Below are positions 16,737-26,861 of a stretch of DNA of 37,965 nt, one piece after another. Origin of the DNA: a virus (taxonomy: Duplodnaviria; Caudoviricetes). The notes under the pieces were generated by a model. The model searched no databases, had not been told where the DNA came from, and saw only the letters and a list, made by a program, of their open reading frames with translations. The stretch covers positions 1-37,965 of IMG/VR virus record IMGVR_UViG_3300043120_000047; one strand, 5' to 3'. Every line of letters starts with the position of its first letter. The stretch's first letter is position 1. Position numbers and translations under genes: made by a program.

Positions 16737-16916
16737 ATGGTAGACATTACGCCTAATCAACTAGAATATGCTGCACTAAGAGCGTTTGCAAGAAAAACTA
16801 ACTTAGAACCACTAAATATAAGTAAAGAAGAATTAAACAACGAATTAAATGGAGTTGTGGCAATTAAAAAATATAACAACGATGGAAGCGTTACATTAAC
16901 TTTTGAGGAGGTTTAA
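16737..16916 (+). CDS. Hypothetical protein (59 aa)
   Basis: GGAGG RBS; fills gap. Confidence 0.65.
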   Translation: MVDITPNQLEYAALRAFARKTNLEPLNISKEELNNELNGVVAIKKYNNDGSVTLTFEEV

Positions 16917-17144
16917 ATGATTACAATATTGATAGTGTTATCCATGCTTCTATCTTTTGGGCTAGGCGCATTTGTAGCGACAAAGACATTACAACTAGGA
17001 CTAAAGTATCAAGTATTAATCAACAAAGAGGTAGCACCGGAGTTAAACGTGTTTGAACGTATAGATAAAGAACGAGAGAGAAAAGAAGTCGAGAAGGTAA
17101 ATAATCTCACAAGCGAAATGTTATCAGATATAATGGGGGGTTAA
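16917..17144 (+). CDS. Small membrane protein
   Basis: N-terminal TM helix; GGAGG RBS. Confidence 0.7.
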   Translation: MITILIVLSMLLSFGLGAFVATKTLQLGLKYQVLINKEVAPELNVFERIDKERERKEVEKVNNLTSEMLSDIMGG

Positions 17145-17145
17145 G

Positions 17146-18888
17146 ATGGATGATCGCAATTTAACACCATCGGCAATTATAGAAAATTGGAAACGTGACA
17201 AGAATTATAAGAACAAAGCAGGGTTTATTGCTAAATGGCCAGAACTGATGAACTTTAAAGAGGGTATACAGTGGCCACGTTCAGCGGTAGCAAAATGGAA
17301 GAACTTCACATTCATTACACTGAATCAATGTAACTTTATTATTAACAACCGGAAGTCAAACATCTTGTCGCAATCCATTAAGATTGTATTTAATCCAGAA
17401 GCGTCTTTAGAGGGTGAAGAAGTCGATGAGAGCATGATCAAAAGTGCTGACGATTACACCACACTCACGCAAAACACATGGGATGATGTAGATCAAGACC
17501 AACTCAACAATGATGCGGTTGATGATGCTTTGACGATAGGCACAGGGGTTTATCATTACTACTTTGATGAAAAGTATTCAGGCACAAAGAAGAACCCGAC
17601 AAAGGGCAAGATATGCGGTCATACGATTGACGCACTAGATGTTGCACTTGCCAACCCGCAATTGAAATCTCATGAGCTCAACAAACAAAAATGGATACTC
17701 GTTAGAACTTACGAAGATACCGACAAACTAAAAGAGTATGCAAAGAAACACGGCGAAAACTACATGAACATTGTGCCAAACGTGGACAATGACGAAGAAT
17801 ACGAAAATGGCAAAATTGATCTTGAACAACCAAACAAAACCGTAGCTTATACCATGTACTATAAAGAGAATGGTGAGGTGTGGTGGATTAAAGTATGTGC
17901 AGGCGCAACTATACAGAAGAAGCGCAGACTATCCCCAACGGAAACAAAATTCAAAGTATACCCTGTAGAGTTCCTAACATTTGAACCTAGAAACAAATCG
18001 TCATATGGTAGAAGTGCAATTGAAGATGCTATATCTGTTCAGAAAGCTATTAACTTCCTTTACTCTATGATTGCATACGGAGTACAACAAACCGCATGGC
18101 CTAAGATTCTAGCCAAAGCAGGGGCGTTATTACAAGCAATTACAAACAACCCCGGCGAGGTTATAACAGACCACGACAACGGAAACCCAGCGGATTCGGT
18201 TAAGTTTATGCAACCACCGAACTTTTCTAATGCACCGCAGGCACTTATTGATAATTTGACTGCTACACTAAGACAAACAACTGGATCTGATCAAACTATC
18301 AGTGGTGAAGCACTTGGGGCAAATATGGCTGCATCGGCTATCATCGCACTACAGAACCAAGCGAAGAAACCGAATGATTACGCTATGAAACAATTGTTTG
18401 CATCTAGTAAGCGTATCGGCAAGATTTGGGAAAACTTCTACAAGTGTTACTATATTATGGAACGTACCATAGTAAAAGAGGATTCAAAAGGATTAAAGAC
18501 CGCTAAGAGAATTACACCTAGCGAATACAAAGATATGGATTTCGGCATGACCATCGATGTTGGACCGGGTGGGGATTATTCAGAATCGTTACAATTTTCA
18601 TTCGTAGAGGGTTTATACACCAAAGGCGATATAACAAAGTATCAGTATGTCAAGTATGCACCGAATAATGTTGTACCACCGGAAATGAAATCAGACTTTG
18701 AGGAAGAAGAACAGAAGGTGATTGAGCAACAGGAAATGCAAGCAGAAATGCAACAGAATCAGCCAATAGGACCACAGGTTCAGCAACCGGGTATCAACAT
18801 GGGCGAGATAATGGCACAATTGACACCGGAAGAACAACAAGCAGTCATGAATGATCCATCATTATTACAAGGAATAGGAGGCATCTAA
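17146..18888 (+). CDS. Portal protein (P22-like)
   Basis: 580 aa after TerL; GIQW, DALTIGTG, SYGRS..E....QKAIN, ASAIIALQ, Q-rich tail. Confidence 0.88.
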   Translation: MDDRNLTPSAIIENWKRDKNYKNKAGFIAKWPELMNFKEGIQWPRSAVAKWKNFTFITLNQCNFIINNRKSNILSQSIKIVFNPEASLEGEEVDESMIKSADDYTTLTQNTWDDVDQDQLNNDAVDDALTIGTGVYHYYFDEKYSGTKKNPTKGKICGHTIDALDVALANPQLKSHELNKQKWILVRTYEDTDKLKEYAKKHGENYMNIVPNVDNDEEYENGKIDLEQPNKTVAYTMYYKENGEVWWIKVCAGATIQKKRRLSPTETKFKVYPVEFLTFEPRNKSSYGRSAIEDAISVQKAINFLYSMIAYGVQQTAWPKILAKAGALLQAITNNPGEVITDHDNGNPADSVKFMQPPNFSNAPQALIDNLTATLRQTTGSDQTISGEALGANMAASAIIALQNQAKKPNDYAMKQLFASSKRIGKIWENFYKCYYIMERTIVKEDSKGLKTAKRITPSEYKDMDFGMTIDVGPGGDYSESLQFSFVEGLYTKGDITKYQYVKYAPNNVVPPEMKSDFEEEEQKVIEQQEMQAEMQQNQPIGPQVQQPGINMGEIMAQLTPEEQQAVMNDPSLLQGIGGI

Positions 18889-19088
18889 TGAAATGCTCTA
18901 AATGTGGTTTAAGATTAGTACGTGCTAAGGACGGCTACAAGTCCGATGTAGGCACTACAGAGGTACAACGTATAGAACAATGGGTGTGCTCAAATAAATC
19001 GTGTGAGCGTTACGCAGGGGCAGATTTAACCAACCCGGAGAAGGTGGAACAAACATCTATTGAAACAGTCGAACCATTTACCGTTTAG
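18888..19088 (+). CDS. Zinc-ribbon protein
   Basis: MKCSKCG...WVCSNKSC. Confidence 0.75.
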   Translation: MKCSKCGLRLVRAKDGYKSDVGTTEVQRIEQWVCSNKSCERYAGADLTNPEKVEQTSIETVEPFTV

Positions 19089-19102
19089 AGGTGCAAAAGT
19101 TT

Positions 19103-19131
19103 TTGCTATTCCGTAATAAAAATGGTATAAT
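19103..19131 (+). promoter_or_regulatory. sigma-A-type promoter for com-like gene
   Basis: TTGCTA-17-TATAAT with TG extension. Confidence 0.8.
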
Positions 19132-19149
19132 GTATGTGAGAGGTGACGG

Positions 19150-19302
19150 ATGAAAGAACATAGATGCCCGAAGTGTAACAAATTGCTTTTTAAGTATTCT
19201 GACGATGGTGAAGTTACTCAAGGTAAAATTGAGATCGAAACACAACACCATTGTAAATCAGAGGACAAAGCAAAGGTTAAGGACGTGAAAGTATTCGAGT
19301 AG
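19150..19302 (+). CDS. Mu Com-like zinc-finger regulator (50 aa)
   Basis: MKEHRCPKCNKLLFK...KIEIETQHHCK vs Mu Com RCKNCNKLLFK...IEIRCPRCK; GAGGTG RBS. Confidence 0.75.
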   Translation: MKEHRCPKCNKLLFKYSDDGEVTQGKIEIETQHHCKSEDKAKVKDVKVFE

Positions 19303-19320
19303 ATACCCTAGGAGGTGCAT

Positions 19321-19548
19321 ATGAGAAGATTCATGATATCAAGAAATAGCAATTTTGATACTGACAATCAATTTTATTCAGAAGAAGAAATATTAAAAAA
19401 TGGTTTATCTGTATACGAATATGATTCCATAGTTGAAGTCAAACAACTTGAACCAACAGATGAAATATATAAAATATTTAAAGAGTCTAAACAGAAAAGC
19501 ATTGAAACGAGAATGTTAAATATTACTAAAAGAAACACAACTAAATAA
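19321..19548 (+). CDS. Hypothetical protein
   Basis: AGGAGGT RBS. Confidence 0.65.
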   Translation: MRRFMISRNSNFDTDNQFYSEEEILKNGLSVYEYDSIVEVKQLEPTDEIYKIFKESKQKSIETRMLNITKRNTTK

Positions 19549-19561
19549 CCGAACGCTTGAA

Positions 19562-19589
19562 GCGTCTTGATTAATTTCAAGGCGTTTTT
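19562..19589 (+). terminator. Intrinsic terminator before scaffold gene, overlapping a Com-like site
   Basis: gcgtcttga-ttaatt-tcaaggcgt-tttt. Confidence 0.75.
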
Positions 19590-19620
19590 ATATTATCCCC
19601 AAGAGGGAAAGGAGAATTAT

Positions 19621-20388
19621 ATGTTAAAAAATGAAAATTCTGTAAACGCAGAAGTCAAGGAAGTCGTAACCCCTCAAGAACCTACAGAAGTGGAAACAAC
19701 TGAAAGCGTACCATCGGAAGTCGCACCCGATACGGTTGAGAAAACAGAAGTGGAACAATCGCCGGAGGAAAATGCAAAGTTTAAAGAGATTCGATTGAAG
19801 TACGAGAGAGAGAAGCAAGAAGCAATCGACAAAGAATATTCTCAAATGTACGGAGAATCTCACAACATTCATTCCAAGGCTGATTATGAAAAAGCAGTCA
19901 GAGAGCAACAAGAAGCAGAAATGTTAGAACGTTTGAAGCAAGACGAAGTAGATCCTAAAGAAATCTATTCCAAACTAAAAGAAAATGATCCTGACTTTCA
20001 AGAACTAAAGAAGATTAAAACTGAAACCTATACACAGAACCAACTGAAACAACTTAACGATGATTTGAAAGATTTAGACATTGATGTTTCCATCAAATCC
20101 TTAGACGATATAGCGAAACTTGAAAACGCAGACAGTATCATTAAACAAATTGAGCAAGGTAAAACTTTATCGGAAGCGTATTTCTTGGCAAACAGAAAGC
20201 AGATCATTCAAAAGGAAGCTGAAAAGGTTAGGTTGGATACACTTAAAAAAACTGAAATGTTGAGTAATTCATCGCCCGGCGCACTCGATAACAGTGGTGG
20301 TGATGATAAACCCCATTCTTTCTCTACCATGAGTTCAGAAGAATTTGCAAAGTACAAAGAAGATGTACTTATGGGGCGAAAGAAATAA
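19621..20388 (+). CDS. Scaffolding protein
   Basis: Acidic helical protein directly before MCP; C-terminal MSSEEFAKY motif. Confidence 0.8.
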   Translation: MLKNENSVNAEVKEVVTPQEPTEVETTESVPSEVAPDTVEKTEVEQSPEENAKFKEIRLKYEREKQEAIDKEYSQMYGESHNIHSKADYEKAVREQQEAEMLERLKQDEVDPKEIYSKLKENDPDFQELKKIKTETYTQNQLKQLNDDLKDLDIDVSIKSLDDIAKLENADSIIKQIEQGKTLSEAYFLANRKQIIQKEAEKVRLDTLKKTEMLSNSSPGALDNSGGDDKPHSFSTMSSEEFAKYKEDVLMGRKK

Positions 20389-20412
20389 AAACCCATATAA
20401 GGAGATACAACT

Positions 20413-21375
20413 ATGGCTACTAAATTACAAACGTATACCACGCCTTCAGATGCAGGTAACAACAGATTAACTAACGAGAACGCAGAATTTTACCAACGCA
20501 CATTACTTGAAGCACTTATGAATTCTGTTGTTTATATGCCTTACGGTAAAAAGACTCCGATTCCTAAGAACGCAGGCGCAACAACTTCATGGAGAAGATT
20601 AGAAATGCCGGCAGTAACTTCTACAGCATTGACAGAAGGTATTACACCGGACGGAATCGATCTCACAGTGAACAAAGTATCAGCAACTGTACAACAATTT
20701 GGTACATTCACTAAGATTACTGACTTGCTAGACATGACAGGCCTTGACCCACTAGTAACAGAAGTAGCGTCAATGTTTGGTGATCATGCAGGCTTATCAA
20801 TGGATATCGTAGTAAGAGATATTTTACTCGCAGGTACAAACACTCAATTTGCTAACTCTAAAGCAACTAGAGCATTGTTAGCAGCAGGTGACGTATTAAC
20901 AACTACTGAAATTCAAAAAGCAAGAGCAACAATGAAAAAGAACAATGTCAAAATGATTAAACTTCCTAACGGTATGATGGGTTATGTTGCATTTATTCAC
21001 CCTGATACAGCAACAACTATTTTTAACTTGCAAGAGTGGAAAGACCAAAACACTTACGTAGACGTTAAGAATAGAGAAGCAGGTATCGTGGGTCAAATGT
21101 ACGGCATTTACTTTATCGAAGCTAATACAGCAGCTACATTCGCAGACGGTGGTGCAGGTGGAAACCTTGCAGGTAAATCAATGCTTATTATTGGAGAAGG
21201 CGCATTTGGTATTCCTGATGTTGCAGGTTCATCTAAGCCGGAAATCTTAGTTTACACTGATGGTTCAACAGAAAACCCACTTAAGCAATATTCAACTGTT
21301 GCTTGGAAATCAACGTTTACAACTGCCAGACTTCAAGAATTAGCAATTTTACGTCTCGAATTCTTGAATGTATAA
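20413..21375 (+). CDS. Major capsid protein (N4-gp56-like family)
   Basis: IPKNAG...W, LTEGITP, QQFG...ITD, YVAFIHPD, NPLKQYSTVAWK. Confidence 0.92.
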   Translation: MATKLQTYTTPSDAGNNRLTNENAEFYQRTLLEALMNSVVYMPYGKKTPIPKNAGATTSWRRLEMPAVTSTALTEGITPDGIDLTVNKVSATVQQFGTFTKITDLLDMTGLDPLVTEVASMFGDHAGLSMDIVVRDILLAGTNTQFANSKATRALLAAGDVLTTTEIQKARATMKKNNVKMIKLPNGMMGYVAFIHPDTATTIFNLQEWKDQNTYVDVKNREAGIVGQMYGIYFIEANTAATFADGGAGGNLAGKSMLIIGEGAFGIPDVAGSSKPEILVYTDGSTENPLKQYSTVAWKSTFTTARLQELAILRLEFLNV

Positions 21376-21381
21376 TCAAAT

Positions 21382-21410
21382 AGAGGGGAGTAAAATCCCC
21401 TTTTTCTTTT
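21382..21410 (+). terminator. Intrinsic terminator after MCP
   Basis: agggga-gtaaaa-tcccct then T run. Confidence 0.8.
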
Positions 21411-21426
21411 AAGAAAGAGGTAATTT

Positions 21427-21780
21427 ATGCCCAAAGGTATACCGAACAAACCAAAAGAACAAGTAAAACAAACAATTGCCGTAGAGCAAAAGGAGGACCA
21501 CATGAAAATCACGAAAGACACTCCAAAATGGGGAGAATTTACAGCAGAAACACACAATTTGACTTTTATCGGTGAAGATTTGGTAGAAATGGAAATCCCA
21601 TACGATGAACAAAACCCGGTAAACCATCACATCACGTGTTTGAATGGAAATCAGATCATCCTTGGAGTTGACAAGGTATTAAAAGTACCTAAATCGGTTC
21701 ATGACAACTGGAAAAAATCGGTGAGAGAAACCAACTCCGCCAAAAAAAGAATGAATCATACTGTAGAACTTAAAGTTTAG
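21427..21780 (+). CDS. Hypothetical head-module protein
   Basis: Follows MCP; GAGGT RBS. Confidence 0.75.
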   Translation: MPKGIPNKPKEQVKQTIAVEQKEDHMKITKDTPKWGEFTAETHNLTFIGEDLVEMEIPYDEQNPVNHHITCLNGNQIILGVDKVLKVPKSVHDNWKKSVRETNSAKKRMNHTVELKV

Positions 21781-21785
21781 AACAT

Positions 21786-21819
21786 AAGAGGATTAGCCAA
21801 ATGGTCAATCCTCTTTTTT
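21786..21819 (+). terminator. Intrinsic terminator
   Basis: aagaggatt...aatcctctt plus T run. Confidence 0.75.
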
Positions 21820-21836
21820 AAAGAGGAGGGCAGGCT

Positions 21837-21926
21837 ATGAGCATATCACAAATACTACATGATAAATTTGTGTCCGCTTTAGTATCCAATTTGATTTTTA
21901 CGAAGATATATAGAGGTGAAAAATGA
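21837..21926 (+). CDS. Possible 29-aa peptide coupled to adaptor gene
   Basis: GAGGAGG RBS; ATGA overlap at 21923. Confidence 0.4.
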   Translation: MSISQILHDKFVSALVSNLIFTKIYRGEK

Positions 21927-22834
21927 ACACTAAATTAGACGCACAGAATTATCTGTTAAATTTAATAGATGAATATTCAAAGAAGGGTGTTGATATTGCC
22001 CCTTCAAAGAACGCAGATTATAGAACTAAATTCAATCAATTCTTGGATTCAGCGCAAAAATATATTGCAGGCATTATCAAAATCCCAGCAGTATTCACAG
22101 TAACACAAAATGCAGTACAAAATATGGAAGGGTTGTTCAATGGGTTTGATATTGAACTTATTTTACCGGATAAACCCAAAGTGTATACGTTCACAGGGTG
22201 TAAGTCCATGTATTTCGAGGTAGACAACGTTTGTACGGTAGTTATCAAGGTTAATGGGGTAACAATCGAAACCATATCAAATACTGTTAAACGTCAATTT
22301 ACGGCGTATAAAAGACTAACAGGCGCAACGTCTACAGACACGGTAGAAATTACATTTTCAAGCTTATATCCATTCAACAAAAGAAACACAGGTTTTTACG
22401 CCTATGCGTTCCCACTCGAAGCAGATGTACCTGAATACCAACCGTTCTTGACATATGACATGCCGTCAGACTTTTTAGAGTTTGACTCTATTATCATCAA
22501 ATCAGACCCTAGAATATACCAATCTTACATTGCTCACAAGTGGGAGAACAACAAGAAAATAGTATTAAACTACTACGATAAAGGTTCGTTTGATATTCAC
22601 TATTACAGATACCCGGCTTACATTGCACCGGACGCACCTGACAACACAATTTTAGAAGTAGAAGAAAAAGCGTTTGAACTTGTGGCACTACAGTGTGCAA
22701 TCATGGCGACAGCCGCAGACAATCCATCGTTATCAAGTTGGATCAGGTCGCTCTATGTAGAGAAAATTCAGAACGTTTCACAGAAAGAACAGCCTATAGA
22801 GAATAAAATACAAACGGTGTTTTCCATAGGATAG
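21923..22834 (+). CDS. Probable head-tail adaptor
   Basis: Position; YDMPSDF and IHYYRYP motifs. Confidence 0.65.
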   Translation: MNTKLDAQNYLLNLIDEYSKKGVDIAPSKNADYRTKFNQFLDSAQKYIAGIIKIPAVFTVTQNAVQNMEGLFNGFDIELILPDKPKVYTFTGCKSMYFEVDNVCTVVIKVNGVTIETISNTVKRQFTAYKRLTGATSTDTVEITFSSLYPFNKRNTGFYAYAFPLEADVPEYQPFLTYDMPSDFLEFDSIIIKSDPRIYQSYIAHKWENNKKIVLNYYDKGSFDIHYYRYPAYIAPDAPDNTILEVEEKAFELVALQCAIMATAADNPSLSSWIRSLYVEKIQNVSQKEQPIENKIQTVFSIG

Positions 22835-22843
22835 GAGGACAAC

Positions 22844-24700
22844 ATGGCATTTATAGTACCTAACTTTTCACAACCTAAAACACCAAAGCCGGAATATTGG
22901 CCTGATAAAGATTACCCTTTAAATGGGGGTTTAGATTTGGATGGTACGGAATTTGAGTTACCTGAAAACAAAACAAACAAATGTTTGAACGTTTGGTACA
23001 AAGACGGCGAACTCGACAAAAGATGGGGGCAAGATTTCCTAGATGAAATGGAAGTCGTTGAACCACTCGGACATTCGGCGTATCGTTATTTGTACAAAGG
23101 AGAGATAATCAAACACAGTGGTACAAAACTCTACTCACAGACCACAGCGGGGGTTGTTACAGAGGAATTTAGCGGACTTAGTGATGTGAAGTCGCGTATC
23201 TTTAAGTTTGGTGAGAACATCTATCTAAAACAAGCCGGGCATTATGTACAGTTTGACGGAACCACAGCAGGCGAGGTTGTACCTTATATCCCTACAATTA
23301 TTATAAACAGAACGCCTACAGGTGGTGGGGACTTACTGGAAGATTACAACAGACTTGGTGCAGGATTCAAGAATAACTTTAGCGGTGACGGCGCGGCAAC
23401 GGTTTATACTTTAACAGATACAGACCTAGACTTAACAACGGTTACTATCACGGTAGGTGGCGTTGCAAAAACAGAAGGTGTGGACTTTACAGTAAACCGT
23501 ACCACAGGGGTTGTTACTTTCGGCGTAGCACCTGCACTTGGAACGAATAACGTAATAGTCACAGCGTACAAGACAGAGCAAGATGATATTGATTCAATAC
23601 TAGATTGTTTGTCAATCATTCCTTTTGGTGGTCAAAACGATAATAGGTTATTCTTTGGAAACAACGGAACAGGATTTTACTACTGGACTGGAATCAGTGC
23701 AAACGGAGTTGATCCTACGTATTTTCCATTAAGTAATTTTAACATCGTTGGACTTAGTGACGAGAACATCACAGGATTCGGAAAACAACAAAACGTGTTA
23801 CTTGTTATTAAAGAGCGTGAAGTTTATGGCGTTGAGTATTTCTTTAACGGAACTATCGGAGTTTTCAACTCATACCCAATTAGTGACGTGTTCGGTTGTG
23901 ACTGTCCTTGGACGATTCAAACGGTAAACAATGCGACAGTGTTCCTTTCGACAGAGTTTGGACCTTGTATAGTACAGTCCACTAACGTAAGCAATCAGAG
24001 ATCTGTTTTTTCCATCGGTCGCAACATCAATGCAAGACTTTTGAAAGAAACCAACTTGACAAGCGCAACATCTTTAGAGTACGAGGGTAAATACTGGATA
24101 TGCGTTAATGACAAGGTTTACTTGTGGGACTACTTCATAGCACCTTATTATGATACAGGTAACCCGGACGATAACGCAAAAAGACTCTCATGGTGGTATT
24201 TCGATAACATCAACGCAGAAGCGTTTATAAAAAATGGTGACGAGTTGTATTACATCAAAAGAGATACAGGAAAAACCGTACAATTCCACACCATTTATGA
24301 TAACGAACAATACTATGATTTCAGTGTAGGATATGAAGCAGTTTATCGTTATCCGTACCGTTTGATAGGTGGTGGACTCTATGAATTTACCGTAATTAAT
24401 GGTATAATAGGGGTAAGAGGAGATAGGCGTACACAGTACAACGTGACGTACTTTACCAACGATGATTTATTAGGCGAGGTAGAGATTGAACCAATAGAGG
24501 TAGGATCATTCGCATGGGATACATTTTTATGGGATGATTTCACTTGGGGCGTAATGGGACCGCTTTATATATGGCCATTAAGACCTAGCTTGAAAAACAT
24601 ACAATACTTTGCGGTAGAGTTCAGTAATTCAGAAGCCGGAAAGACAATCAATATACAGTTTATGAAATGGCAATACCTTATCAAAAAACAGATAAAATGA
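22844..24700 (+). CDS. Probable tail nozzle / P22 gp10-like stabilization protein
   Basis: LNGGLD, DPTYFP, ITGF, FGCDCPWTIQ repeats; inserted beta domain GDGAATVYTL...APALGTNNV. Confidence 0.7.
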   Translation: MAFIVPNFSQPKTPKPEYWPDKDYPLNGGLDLDGTEFELPENKTNKCLNVWYKDGELDKRWGQDFLDEMEVVEPLGHSAYRYLYKGEIIKHSGTKLYSQTTAGVVTEEFSGLSDVKSRIFKFGENIYLKQAGHYVQFDGTTAGEVVPYIPTIIINRTPTGGGDLLEDYNRLGAGFKNNFSGDGAATVYTLTDTDLDLTTVTITVGGVAKTEGVDFTVNRTTGVVTFGVAPALGTNNVIVTAYKTEQDDIDSILDCLSIIPFGGQNDNRLFFGNNGTGFYYWTGISANGVDPTYFPLSNFNIVGLSDENITGFGKQQNVLLVIKEREVYGVEYFFNGTIGVFNSYPISDVFGCDCPWTIQTVNNATVFLSTEFGPCIVQSTNVSNQRSVFSIGRNINARLLKETNLTSATSLEYEGKYWICVNDKVYLWDYFIAPYYDTGNPDDNAKRLSWWYFDNINAEAFIKNGDELYYIKRDTGKTVQFHTIYDNEQYYDFSVGYEAVYRYPYRLIGGGLYEFTVINGIIGVRGDRRTQYNVTYFTNDDLLGEVEIEPIEVGSFAWDTFLWDDFTWGVMGPLYIWPLRPSLKNIQYFAVEFSNSEAGKTINIQFMKWQYLIKKQIK

Positions 24701-24715
24701 TTTTAGGAGGTCAAT

Positions 24716-26848
24716 ATGGCTTTTAACGCAAGAACAAAAGATTTAAAGAGCAATGTTTATAGCCCAACAAAACCGGAAAGCGAAGCAGCAATAAGGAAAC
24801 AAATAGATGATTCAATACAAGAGGTGTTCGACAACGTAACCACACCTCTAATTTCCATTGCAGACGGCGCAAGTGGTGCCGATAACGTAGGTGCTACGCC
24901 TATAAGTGGTGGAACTGCTAACACAGTACAAGGTGTACTTGAAGAACTCAAAACATTTGACACAGTAAACAACGTAAAACTCACAGGTAACCAAACGGTA
25001 GCAGGAATTAAGACCTTTTCATCGAGTCCGGTAGTTCCGAGTGCAACCACGTCAACACAAGCAACAAACAAAGGACAAGTGGACACATTAGACGTTCAAA
25101 ATGTAAAACTTACAGGAAATCAGACTATAGCAGGAGTCAAAACATTTTCATCAAGTCCGATTGTTCCGGTTGCTACAACATCAACACAAGCGCCACAAAA
25201 ATCACAAGTTGACACAGTACAAACTAATCTAAACACACATAAAACAAGTTCAGATCATGACGGAAGGTATTATACTGAAACTGAGGTGAATGCTTTACTT
25301 ACTACAAGAGACAATAACCTCAATACACATAAATCATCTTCTGACCATGACGGAAGGTATTATACCGAAACTGAACTTAACAATGGTCAGCTTGATAACA
25401 GGTATTATACTGAGACAGAAATTAATGCAAATCATTATACTAAAACTGCAATAAACTCAGAAGCATTAGATGCTACTGGTGCTCATTTAGTTGGTGCTAA
25501 TGTAGGTGGTGTTGTTGGAAGTAACGTTAATGATGTAATGGTTGTATTAAGAGATAGAATAAATGATGCACAAGCAGGACTTATTCCTGATGGTTCTATT
25601 TCTGATGTGAAACTGTCTGATGAAGTAGGTTCTATCAAACCAAGGGTTGCCGCTCTTGAAGTAGACATGCCTTTACTTTTTCAATCTGTCAGTGATGGAA
25701 AAGCTTCTATCGCATCCGCTATCACTGGCAAAGGTGTACCAACGGATAGCGATGCCGAATTTGCAGTAATGGCTACAAATATTGATTCAATTGAAACAAT
25801 TATAGATCCACCATTAACAGCAGAAGTGAATCACGTATTGGTTAGTAGAACATTCTCTAAAGATGGACAAGTTGTTTTAACTGGTACAATGCCTGATAAT
25901 GGAGCTGTAACATTCACTCCAACAGATTCCACACAAACATCTGGATCTGGATATTATTCAGGTGTAACAGTTAACCCTAGACCACCATTAAGTGGTAATG
26001 CATTAACTTCTCAAGTATTAGCAGGAATAGATTTTTACTCAAACACATATACAAAACAAACCGGTACTATACCAAGTAAGACTGCACAAACATTTACACC
26101 TGGAACTACAAATCAAACAATAGGGTCTGGTCAATATTTATCTGGTGTTCAAACAATATCAGGTGATGCTGATTTGGTTTCTGGAAACATAAGATCAGGT
26201 GCTAATATATTTGGTGTAGCAGGAAATAGTAATGTTGTTGATACGTCTTCTGGTACTCTCACAAGTGGTTCTCAATTGCTTAGTGGGTACAGAGGTTGGG
26301 CTGATGGTGTTGAACGTGTTGGAACAATTCCTTCAAAAAGTTCTCAAACATTCACTCCTGGTACAACAAATCAAACAATAGCATCTGGACAATACTTGTC
26401 TGGCACACAGACGATTGCCGGTGATGCTGACTTGGTTGCGGAAAATATCAAGAGTGGTGTGAATATTTTCAATGTGGTTGGAAATTTAGTTCAAGGTAAA
26501 AAATTTGCTTCTGGCACACTCGATCTTTTTGTTAATGGTGCTTATACAGCCATAAATGAATCTGGTAATTCTATTGGTTGGGCAAACTGGGCACAAGTGT
26601 CCGGTTTAACATTTACACCATCTGTAATAATCACAATAAACTCAAATGACCCTTCATCTGGTTTTAATCTTTACACAGCACAACAGAGGAAATATGATGA
26701 CTACGGTACAAAAGTGTATAATGTTAGCAATGAGGGTGGTACTTATTTCTTTAGACTTGGTGGTAATGCTTATGTAAACTCAACCGGGTTTAGAATACCT
26801 AGTGGTCAACAATATGGTCCTGGGTGTTTGTGGTTCGCTTACGAATAA
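24716..26848 (+). CDS. Tail fibre / receptor-binding protein
   Basis: Repeats VKLTGNQT.AG.KTFSSSP x2, HDGRYYTETE x2, TIPSK..QTFTPGTTNQTI.SGQYLSG x2. Confidence 0.88.
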   Translation: MAFNARTKDLKSNVYSPTKPESEAAIRKQIDDSIQEVFDNVTTPLISIADGASGADNVGATPISGGTANTVQGVLEELKTFDTVNNVKLTGNQTVAGIKTFSSSPVVPSATTSTQATNKGQVDTLDVQNVKLTGNQTIAGVKTFSSSPIVPVATTSTQAPQKSQVDTVQTNLNTHKTSSDHDGRYYTETEVNALLTTRDNNLNTHKSSSDHDGRYYTETELNNGQLDNRYYTETEINANHYTKTAINSEALDATGAHLVGANVGGVVGSNVNDVMVVLRDRINDAQAGLIPDGSISDVKLSDEVGSIKPRVAALEVDMPLLFQSVSDGKASIASAITGKGVPTDSDAEFAVMATNIDSIETIIDPPLTAEVNHVLVSRTFSKDGQVVLTGTMPDNGAVTFTPTDSTQTSGSGYYSGVTVNPRPPLSGNALTSQVLAGIDFYSNTYTKQTGTIPSKTAQTFTPGTTNQTIGSGQYLSGVQTISGDADLVSGNIRSGANIFGVAGNSNVVDTSSGTLTSGSQLLSGYRGWADGVERVGTIPSKSSQTFTPGTTNQTIASGQYLSGTQTIAGDADLVAENIKSGVNIFNVVGNLVQGKKFASGTLDLFVNGAYTAINESGNSIGWANWAQVSGLTFTPSVIITINSNDPSSGFNLYTAQQRKYDDYGTKVYNVSNEGGTYFFRLGGNAYVNSTGFRIPSGQQYGPGCLWFAYE

Positions 26849-26861
26849 TTAGGAGGTTTAT

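Noticed and set aside
21837-21926. Peptide resembling the capsid N-terminal helix
   Set aside because: Similarity too weak and short to judge by eye
24716-26848. DGR target or invertible tail-fibre cassette
   Set aside because: No reverse transcriptase, template repeat or invertase seen; repeats are in-frame
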